Shown one piece after another: positions 1 to 9,615 of a stretch of DNA of 64,000 nucleotides. Position 1 is the stretch's first letter; every line of letters starts with the position of its first letter. This stretch comes from Candidatus Zhuqueibacterota bacterium. Its GTDB lineage: Bacteria; Zhuqueibacterota; Zhuqueibacteria; Thermofontimicrobiales; Thermofontimicrobiaceae. Below the pieces are notes generated by a model that worked only from the letters and a program-made list of their open reading frames with translations, was not told the DNA's origin and searched no databases. The position numbers were made by a program, and so were the translations under genes. The DNA is taken from assembly GCA_034506395.1 (NCBI GenBank), contig JAPDPQ010000004.1, forward strand, positions 144,631-208,630, written 5' to 3'.

Positions 1-2114
1 TCATGATAAATCCCCTCAGTTGTGGCAGTCGGCGCATTAATATTTGATGCAAAATTTTGGCTCCTTTCTGACAACTTGCTCCACCCGATTCCGCTCCACA
101 GGTGCAGTTTCAAACCCTTGACCAATCCCGCCTTCAAGCCCCGGTGATAAAATTCGCTGCCATTGATGGCATACTCCAGCGTGGCATTGACCATGCGATC
201 GCCAGTGAAGGCTTTGTAATCAGCGCCTCGTAAATTGCCGTGGTAATTCAAAAACGTCTTGCCGCCAAAATCGAACCAGCGCTGGGGCGCGAGTTTGCCA
301 GTGGCAGCGGCACCAGCAGTGAAAAAGGTCAGGTCGCTGAATTCGGTGGGACGAAATCGTTTCTGCAGGCTCCCTTTGATGAAAGCATAAGAGAAATCAC
401 TGCCGAGATTTTTCATGTCCGTGTACTCAGCCAACAGGTCGAGATCGAAGTTATAAATACGGTAGAGCAGGGTCGCCTGGAGTCCATTGAACCTGCCCTC
501 AGCAATCTCTGGATTCAATCGAAACGGCTGGCTGTATTTGAACAGACTGAATCGGGTGTGATTAGCAGCGCTTTTTTCTTCCTGGGAAACAAATAAAAGC
601 TTCATCGCCAGATTCTCTGACGGCAAAAATCCCAGTCCAAGATTGGCGCCCTGTTTGTAATAATAATCGCGATAATCGCCTTTGTACAACAAGCTGGTGA
701 AAGTATTTTTGCCAGTGGTGATCAACCGAGAGGGCTCTTCGTAGCCAATGGATCGATAAACATTGGTTTCAATGAACACATTTTTCTGATGATTCAAAAA
801 GACCAGCAGCGCGGCATCGCCCTTCCAGCGCTGGTCTTTGAAGCCATAGCCAGCATTGACAGAAATGGCTGAGTTTTTCATGATCAAATTAGAAAGGTTG
901 AAGCCATAACGGACCGCCAATCCCTCAACGCGATTGTAGCGGAAATAATTGGCAATCTGCTGAGCAAAATGAAAGTAGGGACCGACCCGTTGCTCCCAGC
1001 CAATTTTTACCGCCTGCTCCGCGATCGCATCCGACTGAATCAAATCGGTTAGCAGCTTTGCCGATAAAAATCGATCCTCGATCTGTTTGATGATCTGATC
1101 CTGCTCTTCTTTGGTCAGCCGATTTCGATAGGTCGTGTCGGGTATGACCTTTTTCTCCAGCTCAGGATCAATCTGGTAAACGACTTTTTGATCGATAATT
1201 TTCGATGAATCGGGCAGCTCAGCATTCACCTCATAATTGGTGAATTCGATGAGCCGATAGATTTTGAGCTTGATTCCCATCCAGTGGATTTCAAACTCTT
1301 CTTCGACATGGGCTGGCAGCCAATACGATTCATAAAGCAGCACCTTCTCGGTTTTCACTTTATGATTTTCCGATCCACCCAGACTGAACGTAAAACTTCT
1401 TTTTTTGCCCGTTTTATCGCTTACCATTGAAGCCTGAGTATAAGAAGCCGCTTCATTGAAGATCACTTCGGAACCGACCACTTCTTGCTTATTGACATCC
1501 ACCATAAATTTTCCGCTTACCGCGGGAATATAGGATTTGGTCGGCGTCACCTTTATTGTAACTACCTTATTTTCGCCAAAACCAATCTCGTTGATCTTTT
1601 CGTAGTGATAGACCGAATCAGCGCCAATAGCAAATGGATAGAGCGGCCATTTTTTTCGAGTAGTAGAATCTGCTGATCCTCGGTTGATGCCAAAGGCGGA
1701 GGGATCGTAAGTAAACTGAAACGGATTGGGCAGCGGAATAAATCCCCCATAGCGGATCTTTTGCGTATCGGGTTCAACCGTGCGCAGGGCTTTGATGATG
1801 ATCCTGAGCGAATCGGGCTTCATCCAGATGCCATTGAAATAATAATCCTCCATGAACGGAATCAGCTTGATATCAAAGGGGCCATAGCCAAAATAGATAT
1901 AAGTTTTCGACCGTCCTTCGAAAGTCACGGAATTGATCTCGTCATACGAGCGCTGGCTGTTTTGCTGAACCTGTTTGACGAATTCGGTCAGTTCGTCGGG
2001 GGCAATTGCGAGAGCGAATCTGAAAGATGATAAGAGAATAACTGTCAAAGTAGCGAGCACGAATTGACCAAAGCCAACATGCCAGCGATAGAAGGTTGCA
2101 CCATCTTTTTTCAT
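1..2114 (-). CDS. Large hypothetical protein, 5'-partial in this window (start ATG is the complement of 2112-2114; N-terminus MKKDGATFYRWHVGFGQFVLATLTVILLSS looks like a signal/anchor)
   Basis: No complete ORF of 60 aa or more is listed on either strand for about 2.1 kb except small spurious ones, and edge-running ORFs are omitted from the track. A hand translation of the minus strand from 2114 reads as an open, protein-like sequence. The family is not recognised. Confidence 0.5.
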   Translation of the reverse strand, partial: MKKDGATFYRWHVGFGQFVLATLTVILLSSFRFALAIAPDELTEFVKQVQQNSQRSYDEINSVTFEGRSKTYIYFGYGPFDIKLIPFMEDYYFNGIWMKPDSLRIIIKALRTVEPDTQKIRYGGFIPLPNPFQFTYDPSAFGINRGSADSTTRKKWPLYPFAIGADSVYHYEKINEIGFGENKVVTIKVTPTKSYIPAVSGKFMVDVNKQEVVGSEVIFNEAASYTQASMVSDKTGKKRSFTFSLGGSENHKVKTEKVLLYESYWLPAHVEEEFEIHWMGIKLKIYRLIEFTNYEVNAELPDSSKIIDQKVVYQIDPELEKKVIPDTTYRNRLTKEEQDQIIKQIEDRFLSAKLLTDLIQSDAIAEQAVKIGWEQRVGPYFHFAQQIANYFRYNRVEGLAVRYGFNLSNLIMKNSAISVNAGYGFKDQRWKGDAALLVFLNHQKNVFIETNVYRSIGYEEPSRLITTGKNTFTSLLYKGDYRDYYYKQGANLGLGFLPSENLAMKLLFVSQEEKSAANHTRFSLFKYSQPFRLNPEIAEGRFNGLQATLLYRIYNFDLDLLAEYTDMKNLGSDFSYAFIKGSLQKRFRPTEFSDLTFFTAGAAATGKLAPQRWFDFGGKTFLNYHGNLRGADYKAFTGDRMVNATLEYAINGSEFYHRGLKAGLVKGLKLHLWSGIGWSKLSERSQNFASNINAPTATTEGIYH

Positions 2115-2215
2115 GATAAAAGCCTAGGCGAATTTAACATAGCCCGATAGTCAATTTGCCTGATTAGAAAGAAGAACCAGGTTTCATATAGAAACCTGGT
2201 TTTCGATTACGACAG

Positions 2216-3106
2216 CTACTTCAGGACTATCTCGATTCGCGACTCTTGATTGATCGGCATCGACATATTGGCAGGACCCGAGACAACAATGGTCCCCTCC
2301 ATAAAATTATCCAAGTTCGCTTTGACAGTCAGCCCTTCCTTGAATGCAAAATACCAGATGCCAGTCCCTTCCATTTCTCCCTCAAAATTGAGATCCGCGC
2401 CCATTTGTTGACCAGAGCCTTGCAGGGAAGCTTTGGATTTGGTGGCGATCTTCAGACAGTCAAAGTTGAGCATTTTTTCAACACCTTCGAGCGTATTGGT
2501 CGTTTCAGACAAAACCTGAATTTTTAATCCAGATTGAGTGAGGTCAGTCGTATCCTGCTTGGTCCAGCTCTCACCTATTTTCACAGGTGTGTCAGGTAAA
2601 TCGGACAATACGTTCCTGAAAAATGTTTTGATGCTTTGCTTACCGCCAGCCATCATCCCAAAATCCACAGTAATCGAATCCGCACCTGGCATCTCCAATT
2701 CCTTGCCATGCTTTGTGAAAATTAGCGTGAAAGATTTGCCGATAAATCCGCTCAAATCTGGTCTAATTTCACGACCCATTGCGTTGGCCTCAACACTGAT
2801 TGAATCGACCATCACAGTCGCCCGCAAGTTACCCTCCTTATCCGCACCTTGATTCTGAATTGAGTATCGAAGATACGTCTTATTGATCGTTTCGATATTT
2901 TGGCCCATCTGTTCCATATTGGTTTTCTGATCGGCTTTTTGCTCGTAGCTCCAAACAGCACCTGGCAACGGATGGTAGCTCAGGATATATCCGCTTTTTT
3001 CGTCTCCCCAGAACGGCTTTTTAGCGGCGCAGCTGAAGGAAATCATTGCTATGATACTGAAAAGGAGCAAGCAGTTCAACAACGCATGAAAATTTCTTTT
3101 GTTCAT
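2216..3106 (-). CDS. Hypothetical lipoprotein (296 aa)
   Basis: ORF track; N-terminal signal with lipobox-like ISFSC; no recognisable catalytic motifs. Confidence 0.6.
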   Translation of the reverse strand: MNKRNFHALLNCLLLFSIIAMISFSCAAKKPFWGDEKSGYILSYHPLPGAVWSYEQKADQKTNMEQMGQNIETINKTYLRYSIQNQGADKEGNLRATVMVDSISVEANAMGREIRPDLSGFIGKSFTLIFTKHGKELEMPGADSITVDFGMMAGGKQSIKTFFRNVLSDLPDTPVKIGESWTKQDTTDLTQSGLKIQVLSETTNTLEGVEKMLNFDCLKIATKSKASLQGSGQQMGADLNFEGEMEGTGIWYFAFKEGLTVKANLDNFMEGTIVVSGPANMSMPINQESRIEIVLK

Positions 3107-3360
3107 TCTTTGTTCCTCCGCATAATGTTCAATTTCTCTCTGCTTGGGAAAAAACGTCTAATCAATGCACCCGTCGATGCGATTAGACCAGCAGAGCCAG
3201 TTTTTGATTCCAATGAAATTCCAAAAATCTTTTTCTTCGATTATTTCAAGCGGCAAAACCCACCTCACTCGACATCGGGTTTTGCCATCCCTTGTTCCTT
3301 CTATCACAATATTGCGACCTGGCTTTATTTATCCCACAAAAAGCCGATCATTCACATTAC

Positions 3361-3451
3361 TCACTGACTACTGATTGCTGACCACTGATCACTGATTACT
3401 GATTACTGATTACTGATCACTGATTACCGATCACTGATTACCGATCACTGC
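3361..3451. repeat. Tandem heptanucleotide array, 13 units of YYACTGA on the plus strand (NNTCAGT on the minus, transcribed strand), immediately 3' of the M16 peptidase stop codon
   Basis: Read directly: tcactga ctactga ttgctga ccactga tcactga ttactga x3 tcactga ttaccga tcactga ttaccga tcactgc. Confidence 0.9.
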
Positions 3452-3471
3452 CTCCTATTGCCTGACCTTGT

Positions 3472-6225
3472 TCACTCCACCGGCTTCCCATCCGCATCAA
3501 TCAATCTCACCTCCCCGAAACCCAATTCTTTCAGCGTGGGCTCAACTTTGGCCCGATCGCCGACCACAATCCATGTCACTTGATTGGGACGTAGCAGTTT
3601 TTTAGCCGCTCTAGAGATGTCGTTCAATTTTAAGTTACGCAGCTTTTCTGGATAGGTCTGGTAATAATCATCGGGCAACCCATAGGTGATGAGTTCAGCG
3701 ATCAAGCTCCCAACCGCTCCGATCGTCTCCCAGGAACCTGGCAGGCCGAGGATTTCATTTTGTAGCACCTTATCCAATTCTTCCGGGGTTGCTGGTCTGG
3801 CGCCAAGGATTTCCATCATTTCCTTTTTCATCTCTTGGAGTGATTCCTTAGTTTTGTCGCCTTGAATTGAGGTATAAGCGATGAACGGTCGCTGTCCTCG
3901 AGCAGATACGATCACACTTCCAGCGCCATAGGACCAATGCTTGGCTTCGCGAAGGTTCATATTGATCCGAGAGGTAAAGGTGCCTCCGAGAATGGAATTC
4001 AGCATATTCATCGCCAGATCATCTGCATCTGCTTTAGGTGGCGCAATATGTCCTGCCAGAATGACGGATTGAGGCGAACCTGGTTTGTCGATCAAATAGA
4101 CAGTCGAGCTCGACGGATAATCGACCGGACTGATATTTTTCTTCGGTACATTGCCTGGCTTCCAACCAGCAAATAGCTTTTCCAACTTAGGAGTAATTTC
4201 ACTGAGCTTAGTATCTCCAACAATCACCAATGTGGCATTGTTCGGTTTAAACCAGGTTTGATGGAATTTCGCGAGGTCTTCGGTGGTTAGTCGATTGACA
4301 GATTGTTCTGTCCCTGAGCCGGTGAATGAATTACCATAAGCATGGCCTTCACCATATAGAAATCGCGGAAAGACCCGGAGCGCCATTTGGAACGGCGAGG
4401 CCTTTTCCTGTTTGATGCGCGCCAATTGTTGTTTTTGCAGCCGTGCAAATTCTTTCTCAGGGAAAGCAGGATTCAAAATGACATCGGCGAAGATATTCAA
4501 AGAGGCATCCAAATTTTCTTTCAGGGTTGATAAATAGACAGAGGACATATCCAGGCTGGAACCAGCACTGAGCCGCGCGCCAAGCAAGGCCAATTCCTCA
4601 CTGATCTGCAAGGCATCGCGCGTTTTGGTCCCTTCATCCAGCATATCCATCGCCAAGCTGGCGGTCCCGGGCAAGCCAAATTGATCCGCTGCGTATCCAG
4701 CATCCACTAGCAGATTGAAATTGACGATCGGGACAGCGTGTCGTTCTGCCAGAACAAGTTTCAATCCGTTCGATAAGGTTGCGCGCTGTAATTTGGGAAA
4801 TTTGACCTCAGGGGCTGGCCCAGGTTCTGGCAATTTAGAGCGATCCACCTTGGATTCGCTACTTTGGTAACTTGGGAATGGATGGACCTCTAGGATATAA
4901 ACGCCATCGGAGAGCCAGCGTTTGGCCGTCTCCAAAAGATTTTGGGCTGTCGCCTCGCGGACGCGCTTCAGGGTGGTTTTATAGTAATCTGGACTGCCAC
5001 CGAATACTTCGTTTGTGGCTAAAATATCCGATTTGCCGCCAAATCCACCAATGCGTTCGATGCCGCGCACAAAGCTGGCGATAAATTGACTCTTTACACG
5101 CTTCAATTCCGCTTCCGTAGGTCCTTCGTCCAGAAACTTCTTCAGCTCCTCATCCAAAGCCTTCTCTACCTTCTTCAGATCCTCACCTGGCTTGGCCGTC
5201 GCTTGAACATAAAACAAGCTGGCGATCTCACGTTTATCAATATATGAAGCGACATCTGTGGCAATTTGATCTTCGTAAACCAACCGTTTGTACAACCGAG
5301 AAGTTTTGCCAGATGCCAATACATCGCTCACCAGATCGAGGTAATCGGCGCAGGGCGTCCCCCATTGCGGCACATTCCAGACCTTATAGATCCGTGCTTG
5401 CGGCACTCGATCCTCAACACTTTGGCGAATCGTCCCAGTTCGTTTCGCAATGAACGCCTTATGCTTGGCAACAGGCGGCCCTGAAGGAACGCTGCCAAAA
5501 TAGTATTTCACCTTTTCCAGTGCAGCTTTGGTATCGACATCGCCAGCAATGGAGATCACCGCATTGGCCGCGCCATAATAGGTTTTAAACCATTCATGCA
5601 CATCTTCCAGAGAGGCTGCATCGAGATCCTCCATCGAGCCGATCACCGTCCAGGAATATGGATGACCGGCTGGGAAACAGTTCTTCGTGACCAATTCGTC
5701 CACGATCGAGTAGGGCTGATTTTCATATTGGCGCTTCTCATTCTGCACCACGCCGCGCTGTTCATCCAGCTTGGCCTGATCGATGGCGCCAATGAGGTGG
5801 CCCATGCGATCCGATTCCATCCACAACGCTAAATCGAAAGCAGAGATCGGCACGTTCTGGAAATAGTTTGTGCGATCCTCGTTGGTGGTGCCATTCAGGT
5901 CCGTAGCACCCACCTTTTCCAGCGGCTTAAAATAGTCATCGTTATAATGCTCGCTGCCGTTAAACATCAGATGCTCGAACAAATGCGCAAAGCCAGTCTT
6001 GCCTGGCTTTTCGTTCTTGGAGCCGACATGATACCAGATATTCACCGCAACGATGGGTGCCTTGTGATCCTCATGGATGATCACCGTCAACCCATTATCC
6101 AATACAAATTTTTCATACGGGATATCGATCTCTTGAGCAGCGGATTTCATCGGCAAGAGAGATAATAAAAATAACAATAGCAATGTTGGAACAAAAATAG
6201 ACAGAGGTGTTTTGCGAAGCATCAT
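3472..6225 (-). CDS. Secreted M16-family (pitrilysin/insulinase-like) zinc peptidase, tandem M16 domains
   Basis: Signal peptide; inverted zincin motif HLFEHLMF...E (HxxEH); 917 aa fits a two-domain M16B-type enzyme. Confidence 0.9.
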   Translation of the reverse strand: MMLRKTPLSIFVPTLLLLFLLSLLPMKSAAQEIDIPYEKFVLDNGLTVIIHEDHKAPIVAVNIWYHVGSKNEKPGKTGFAHLFEHLMFNGSEHYNDDYFKPLEKVGATDLNGTTNEDRTNYFQNVPISAFDLALWMESDRMGHLIGAIDQAKLDEQRGVVQNEKRQYENQPYSIVDELVTKNCFPAGHPYSWTVIGSMEDLDAASLEDVHEWFKTYYGAANAVISIAGDVDTKAALEKVKYYFGSVPSGPPVAKHKAFIAKRTGTIRQSVEDRVPQARIYKVWNVPQWGTPCADYLDLVSDVLASGKTSRLYKRLVYEDQIATDVASYIDKREIASLFYVQATAKPGEDLKKVEKALDEELKKFLDEGPTEAELKRVKSQFIASFVRGIERIGGFGGKSDILATNEVFGGSPDYYKTTLKRVREATAQNLLETAKRWLSDGVYILEVHPFPSYQSSESKVDRSKLPEPGPAPEVKFPKLQRATLSNGLKLVLAERHAVPIVNFNLLVDAGYAADQFGLPGTASLAMDMLDEGTKTRDALQISEELALLGARLSAGSSLDMSSVYLSTLKENLDASLNIFADVILNPAFPEKEFARLQKQQLARIKQEKASPFQMALRVFPRFLYGEGHAYGNSFTGSGTEQSVNRLTTEDLAKFHQTWFKPNNATLVIVGDTKLSEITPKLEKLFAGWKPGNVPKKNISPVDYPSSSTVYLIDKPGSPQSVILAGHIAPPKADADDLAMNMLNSILGGTFTSRINMNLREAKHWSYGAGSVIVSARGQRPFIAYTSIQGDKTKESLQEMKKEMMEILGARPATPEELDKVLQNEILGLPGSWETIGAVGSLIAELITYGLPDDYYQTYPEKLRNLKLNDISRAAKKLLRPNQVTWIVVGDRAKVEPTLKELGFGEVRLIDADGKPVE

Positions 6226-6488
6226 ATTTCCTCCCTAATCAAGTTTAAATTTGTAATGGTTGATTTTGAAGCGTATTACGTAGCAAGCGATATTTTGTTG
6301 CCAAACAATTTCGACGAGCTTTAAAACTGACTTCCAGGACGCGAGATGAGCTATTTTTATTCTATCTATTTTCAATTGCGCCGTGTGCTCGTATCTTAGG
6401 GCTTCAGATCGAGTTTATGCTTATGGGTTTAACCAAAATCGATAAAATAATCAGTATCCACGTTCATTTGAGTCGATTTGCAATAGCA

Positions 6489-7355
6489 CTATTCAAGGCT
6501 CTGTTTTCGTTCAAGACCTATTTTTATTTGGAGCATGTCCCCCTTCACCGCCACGAATCCAAATTTGCTCTCGAAATCCTGAAAGTTGAAAGCGTTTTTC
6601 GATTGGTCCAGCACTTTCAAATAAGGATCAAGATGCGCCATAAGATGCCCAAATGCAGATTGAGCATCGGCCTCTGATGCATAGCGGATGAGAATCAACT
6701 TATATCGCCCCAGATTTGGATCTTTATAATCGCCAACCACACCAAAGATTTTGCCCCCCAATTTAAGCACATCCCCTTCTCCAAACGTGAAAATCGGTTG
6801 CAAGGCATAAGGGCCACGAATAATCAATTCCGATCCAGTGATCAGATGCTCTTTCGGCAAAAGATCGAACAATCTTACTGGCCGCTCTGAAGGGATGAAC
6901 CGCAAGGTCTGACGACTCAGCTCTCTCATGATTGGGATCAGCTTTTCATCCCCAGCGAAGCTGTTTACCTGAATGAAGTAGCTTCCTTTCACAATGGTAA
7001 ATTGGTATTTATTCCCAGAGTTTCTGGCATCGATCTTTTCAATTGGGGTTTCTTCGCCGCATTTCATTAAATAAATTCCCAAGGCTGCCTCGGGGCTATC
7101 CATTTGATACACTTCTAAAACCATTTCCTTATCTTTTTGCCGATAACCCTGCACGAGTAATTCCTTAAACCCGAATTCCAAAAAAAGCTCTGCCCCACCA
7201 TCGATGTAATTATACAAATCGTTCCCTACAAAACGGAGCGTCCTGCCTGAGGTGGTCCATCCGACCACGAAATTATCATCGGGAAGGATGATGCCAGCAT
7301 GGCAATCAACGGCAAGCCAGAGGATAATTATTGTCAGTAACGGTGCTTTTTTCAT
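6489..7355 (-). CDS. Secreted hypothetical protein (288 aa) with an internal duplicated beta-rich segment
   Basis: ORF track; cleavable signal MKKAPLLTIIILWLAVDCHA; no known motif. Confidence 0.55.
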   Translation of the reverse strand: MKKAPLLTIIILWLAVDCHAGIILPDDNFVVGWTTSGRTLRFVGNDLYNYIDGGAELFLEFGFKELLVQGYRQKDKEMVLEVYQMDSPEAALGIYLMKCGEETPIEKIDARNSGNKYQFTIVKGSYFIQVNSFAGDEKLIPIMRELSRQTLRFIPSERPVRLFDLLPKEHLITGSELIIRGPYALQPIFTFGEGDVLKLGGKIFGVVGDYKDPNLGRYKLILIRYASEADAQSAFGHLMAHLDPYLKVLDQSKNAFNFQDFESKFGFVAVKGDMLQIKIGLERKQSLE

Positions 7356-7455
7356 AGCTGTCTATCCATACAAAAATTTGAAAATCTTTGAAAGAAGCGT
7401 GGGAGAGTCAGAGCATGGGGGTATTGGAGTTTTGGAGCATAATGCCAGATAGCCA

Positions 7456-7486
7456 TCACTCCATTACTCCATCGCTCCATTCTCCT
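7456..7486. repeat. Short tandem 8-mer array (ATYRCTCC x4) in the intergenic region
   Basis: atcactcc attactcc atcgctcc attctcc read directly. Confidence 0.6.
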
Positions 7487-7499
7487 CTAAAAATTAGAA

Positions 7500-8723
7500 C
7501 TAAACACGCAGGTGCTGAATCTTTTGCAAATCCACGATTCCCAGACCCAGCCGCTCAGCATAACGCAAGTATTCAGTGAAACGGGGATGTTCATTGACAT
7601 TTACGTTCATGGCTTTTCTTTTTTGCAGCATGAGATTGTGGCAGACCATGTCCAATGCAAATGGATCGGTCGCAAAAAACAAGGTGTTGTAAAGATAAGT
7701 GAACTTGGCGTTCGACATTGGCCCACCATCGTACTGAGCGCGCAATCCATCGGTGATGTTCAAAACCAATTTATCGCGAATAACTGGAAAAGCCAAAACT
7801 TCAGTGCAGACGTCGAAAAATAGCGGACGATGCAGCCGATTGGTATTACAAATTGCCCCATAGCCAAGATTTTTCGTGGCCATCGAGATGCCGTTACCGG
7901 TATTTTTAAACACTGGGACATTAATGATCTTGGTCAACTTTTGGGTGAGCAGCTTACCGAAATAGGAATATTGCCCATTGAACACATGCTGGTTCAAATA
8001 GGCCTTGTCTTCCTTGGGACCATCGACATCCGCCCAATAATAGACACTCATATCGAAATTTTTGGCGCTGACATGCGTGCCATCTGGATTCAACCAACGG
8101 CTGTCGTCCTCTGCTTTGCCTTCGGCTGCAGCTTCATCCATCGTCTGCAGTCCCTCAATTCCAATCCCTGGGTATCTTTCTTTTGTAAACCCTGCATCAA
8201 CAAGCATGTAATCGAATCGGTCCCAAATGATGATATTTTCGGGTTTGATACCGTTGCTAATCAACCAATCGATAATGGCATCCACGACCTCGAGCCGAGT
8301 ACTGATGAGACCGGGTCCCACTGGATTGACCTTGATCCCAACCACGTCATCCTTTTGAAAGAAGAGCTCAAAGCTCTTTTTCAGGTCATGACCAGTCAAA
8401 CTTTGGATTCCGATCGCAATCATCTGTTTGACAATCTCGGCATTGATTTTTTCCTCTGTCATGGCGCTGGGGTGATGAATCTCAACGACTTTGCCAGGAA
8501 AAAGTCCTGGCAAAGAATATTTAGTTCTGGGGATACTAAGGGCCTCTTGGATATTGGTTTTAGGCCTGACAGGCTGTTGCGGTTTTTGAGCATCTTGCGC
8601 CCATAGAGTTGGATTCCCAAGCACAAGTCCAGCGCTGGCTGCTCCCAGCCTTAAAAAATCACGTCGCTTGATTTGAATTGGGTCGGGCATCGACCGATAG
8701 CCTGATTTTGATTGGCAGGACAT
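7500..8723 (-). CDS. Tat-exported DUF362-family protein; the likely true start is the internal Met at 8690
   Basis: Twin-arginine signal IKRRDFLRLGAASAGLVLG...WAQ; DUF362-like VGIKVNPVGPG...GIKPENIII core. Confidence 0.6.
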   Translation of the reverse strand: MSCQSKSGYRSMPDPIQIKRRDFLRLGAASAGLVLGNPTLWAQDAQKPQQPVRPKTNIQEALSIPRTKYSLPGLFPGKVVEIHHPSAMTEEKINAEIVKQMIAIGIQSLTGHDLKKSFELFFQKDDVVGIKVNPVGPGLISTRLEVVDAIIDWLISNGIKPENIIIWDRFDYMLVDAGFTKERYPGIGIEGLQTMDEAAAEGKAEDDSRWLNPDGTHVSAKNFDMSVYYWADVDGPKEDKAYLNQHVFNGQYSYFGKLLTQKLTKIINVPVFKNTGNGISMATKNLGYGAICNTNRLHRPLFFDVCTEVLAFPVIRDKLVLNITDGLRAQYDGGPMSNAKFTYLYNTLFFATDPFALDMVCHNLMLQKRKAMNVNVNEHPRFTEYLRYAERLGLGIVDLQKIQHLRV

Positions 8724-8946
8724 TCAATTCTCCTTAAAAATGAGACTTAAATTTCTAAAATGAACTCAAACGGCACAAGCAAAAAACTTTTGCCCCACAA
8801 GAAACACGGAATAGCGCTAAAGTGCGAGCTCGAATAATAGTTTTTGTGCTCTCTCGTGTGCATCGTGGGGCAATTTTTTTATCTTAGAATTTCAGGTGAA
8901 ATATGAGTGTTCGAAAAACCATCTGCGTTGGCTTACTTGATCGTGC

Positions 8947-9543
8947 TCAAAATTTCCCGAATCGCAACATTAGAATAGCGCTTGGACCGCTGAGGTCTTG
9001 GTTGCTGCTCAATCGAGAGCCTTCCTCCACCCCGGTGATATATCGATAGCTGGCGCCGGCACTGAGTCTGAACCAAGTGGTCACATTGAGGTCGAGCGTC
9101 GCTCCAGGTTCCAAAACGAACAGGGCATCATTGGGCATATCCCCAAAGGTAATATCTCGCGCTTCGTTTCGATATTGGATGGCTCCGGCACCGATGAGCG
9201 TATGGAAAGAGAAATGAAGCAATTTATCGGAATTGACCACCCATTCGATCTCCAATCCACCATACCCAAAATCAAGATATTTTTCGTTCAGCGGCCCAAG
9301 TCGGTTTGCGGCCACGTAGTTCGCAAGGCCATATCCACCGCCACCGATCATCAACTTATGATCGATGATCCACCCACCGCGACCACCGACGAGTACTCCA
9401 AATTTCCCATTGATCGATGAAAATTTCACTACAGGCCCGCCAAAGCCGCCGTGATCGACTTCGCCGCTGAATAAAGTTTCTTGTTGGCTAAATACAGATG
9501 TAGCGAGCAATAGCAACATCAAGATTACGCCTGTCGTTTTCAT
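8947..9543 (-). CDS. Small outer-membrane beta-barrel protein
   Basis: Signal peptide, Gly/aromatic-rich alternating strands, C-terminal ...LRFGKF ending in Phe as is typical of outer-membrane proteins. A long-stem terminator-like inverted repeat lies downstream at 8783-8872. Confidence 0.6.
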   Translation of the reverse strand: MKTTGVILMLLLLATSVFSQQETLFSGEVDHGGFGGPVVKFSSINGKFGVLVGGRGGWIIDHKLMIGGGGYGLANYVAANRLGPLNEKYLDFGYGGLEIEWVVNSDKLLHFSFHTLIGAGAIQYRNEARDITFGDMPNDALFVLEPGATLDLNVTTWFRLSAGASYRYITGVEEGSRLSSNQDLSGPSAILMLRFGKF

Positions 9544-9615
9544 TTTTTTGTTCCTTTCATTTTAGTTTCGGAGTTCATCGCTAAAGCAGGATTGCTCACA
9601 ATCCAGCCCATTCCC

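Noticed and set aside
240-596. 118-aa plus-strand ORF
   Set aside because: It lies entirely inside the long edge-running minus-strand ORF, with no ribosome-binding site and a low-complexity translation.
2900-3367. 155-aa plus-strand ORF spanning the lipoprotein gene start and the heptamer repeat
   Set aside because: It is antisense to a well-supported gene and runs into the repeat array, and its peptide has no protein-like features.
3361-3451. Possible CRISPR array
   Set aside because: The units are 7 nt with no spacers and there are no cas genes. It is a micro-tandem repeat, not CRISPR.
8783-8872. Long-range inverted repeat TTGCCCCAC...GTGGGGCAA flanked by A and T runs
   Set aside because: It is probably just the outer-membrane protein gene terminator with a large loop. 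It is mentioned under that feature rather than as a separate finding.
8998-9420. 140-aa ORF antisense to the outer-membrane protein gene
   Set aside because: The opposite-strand gene has a signal peptide and an outer-membrane C-terminus, and the antisense ORF has no features.
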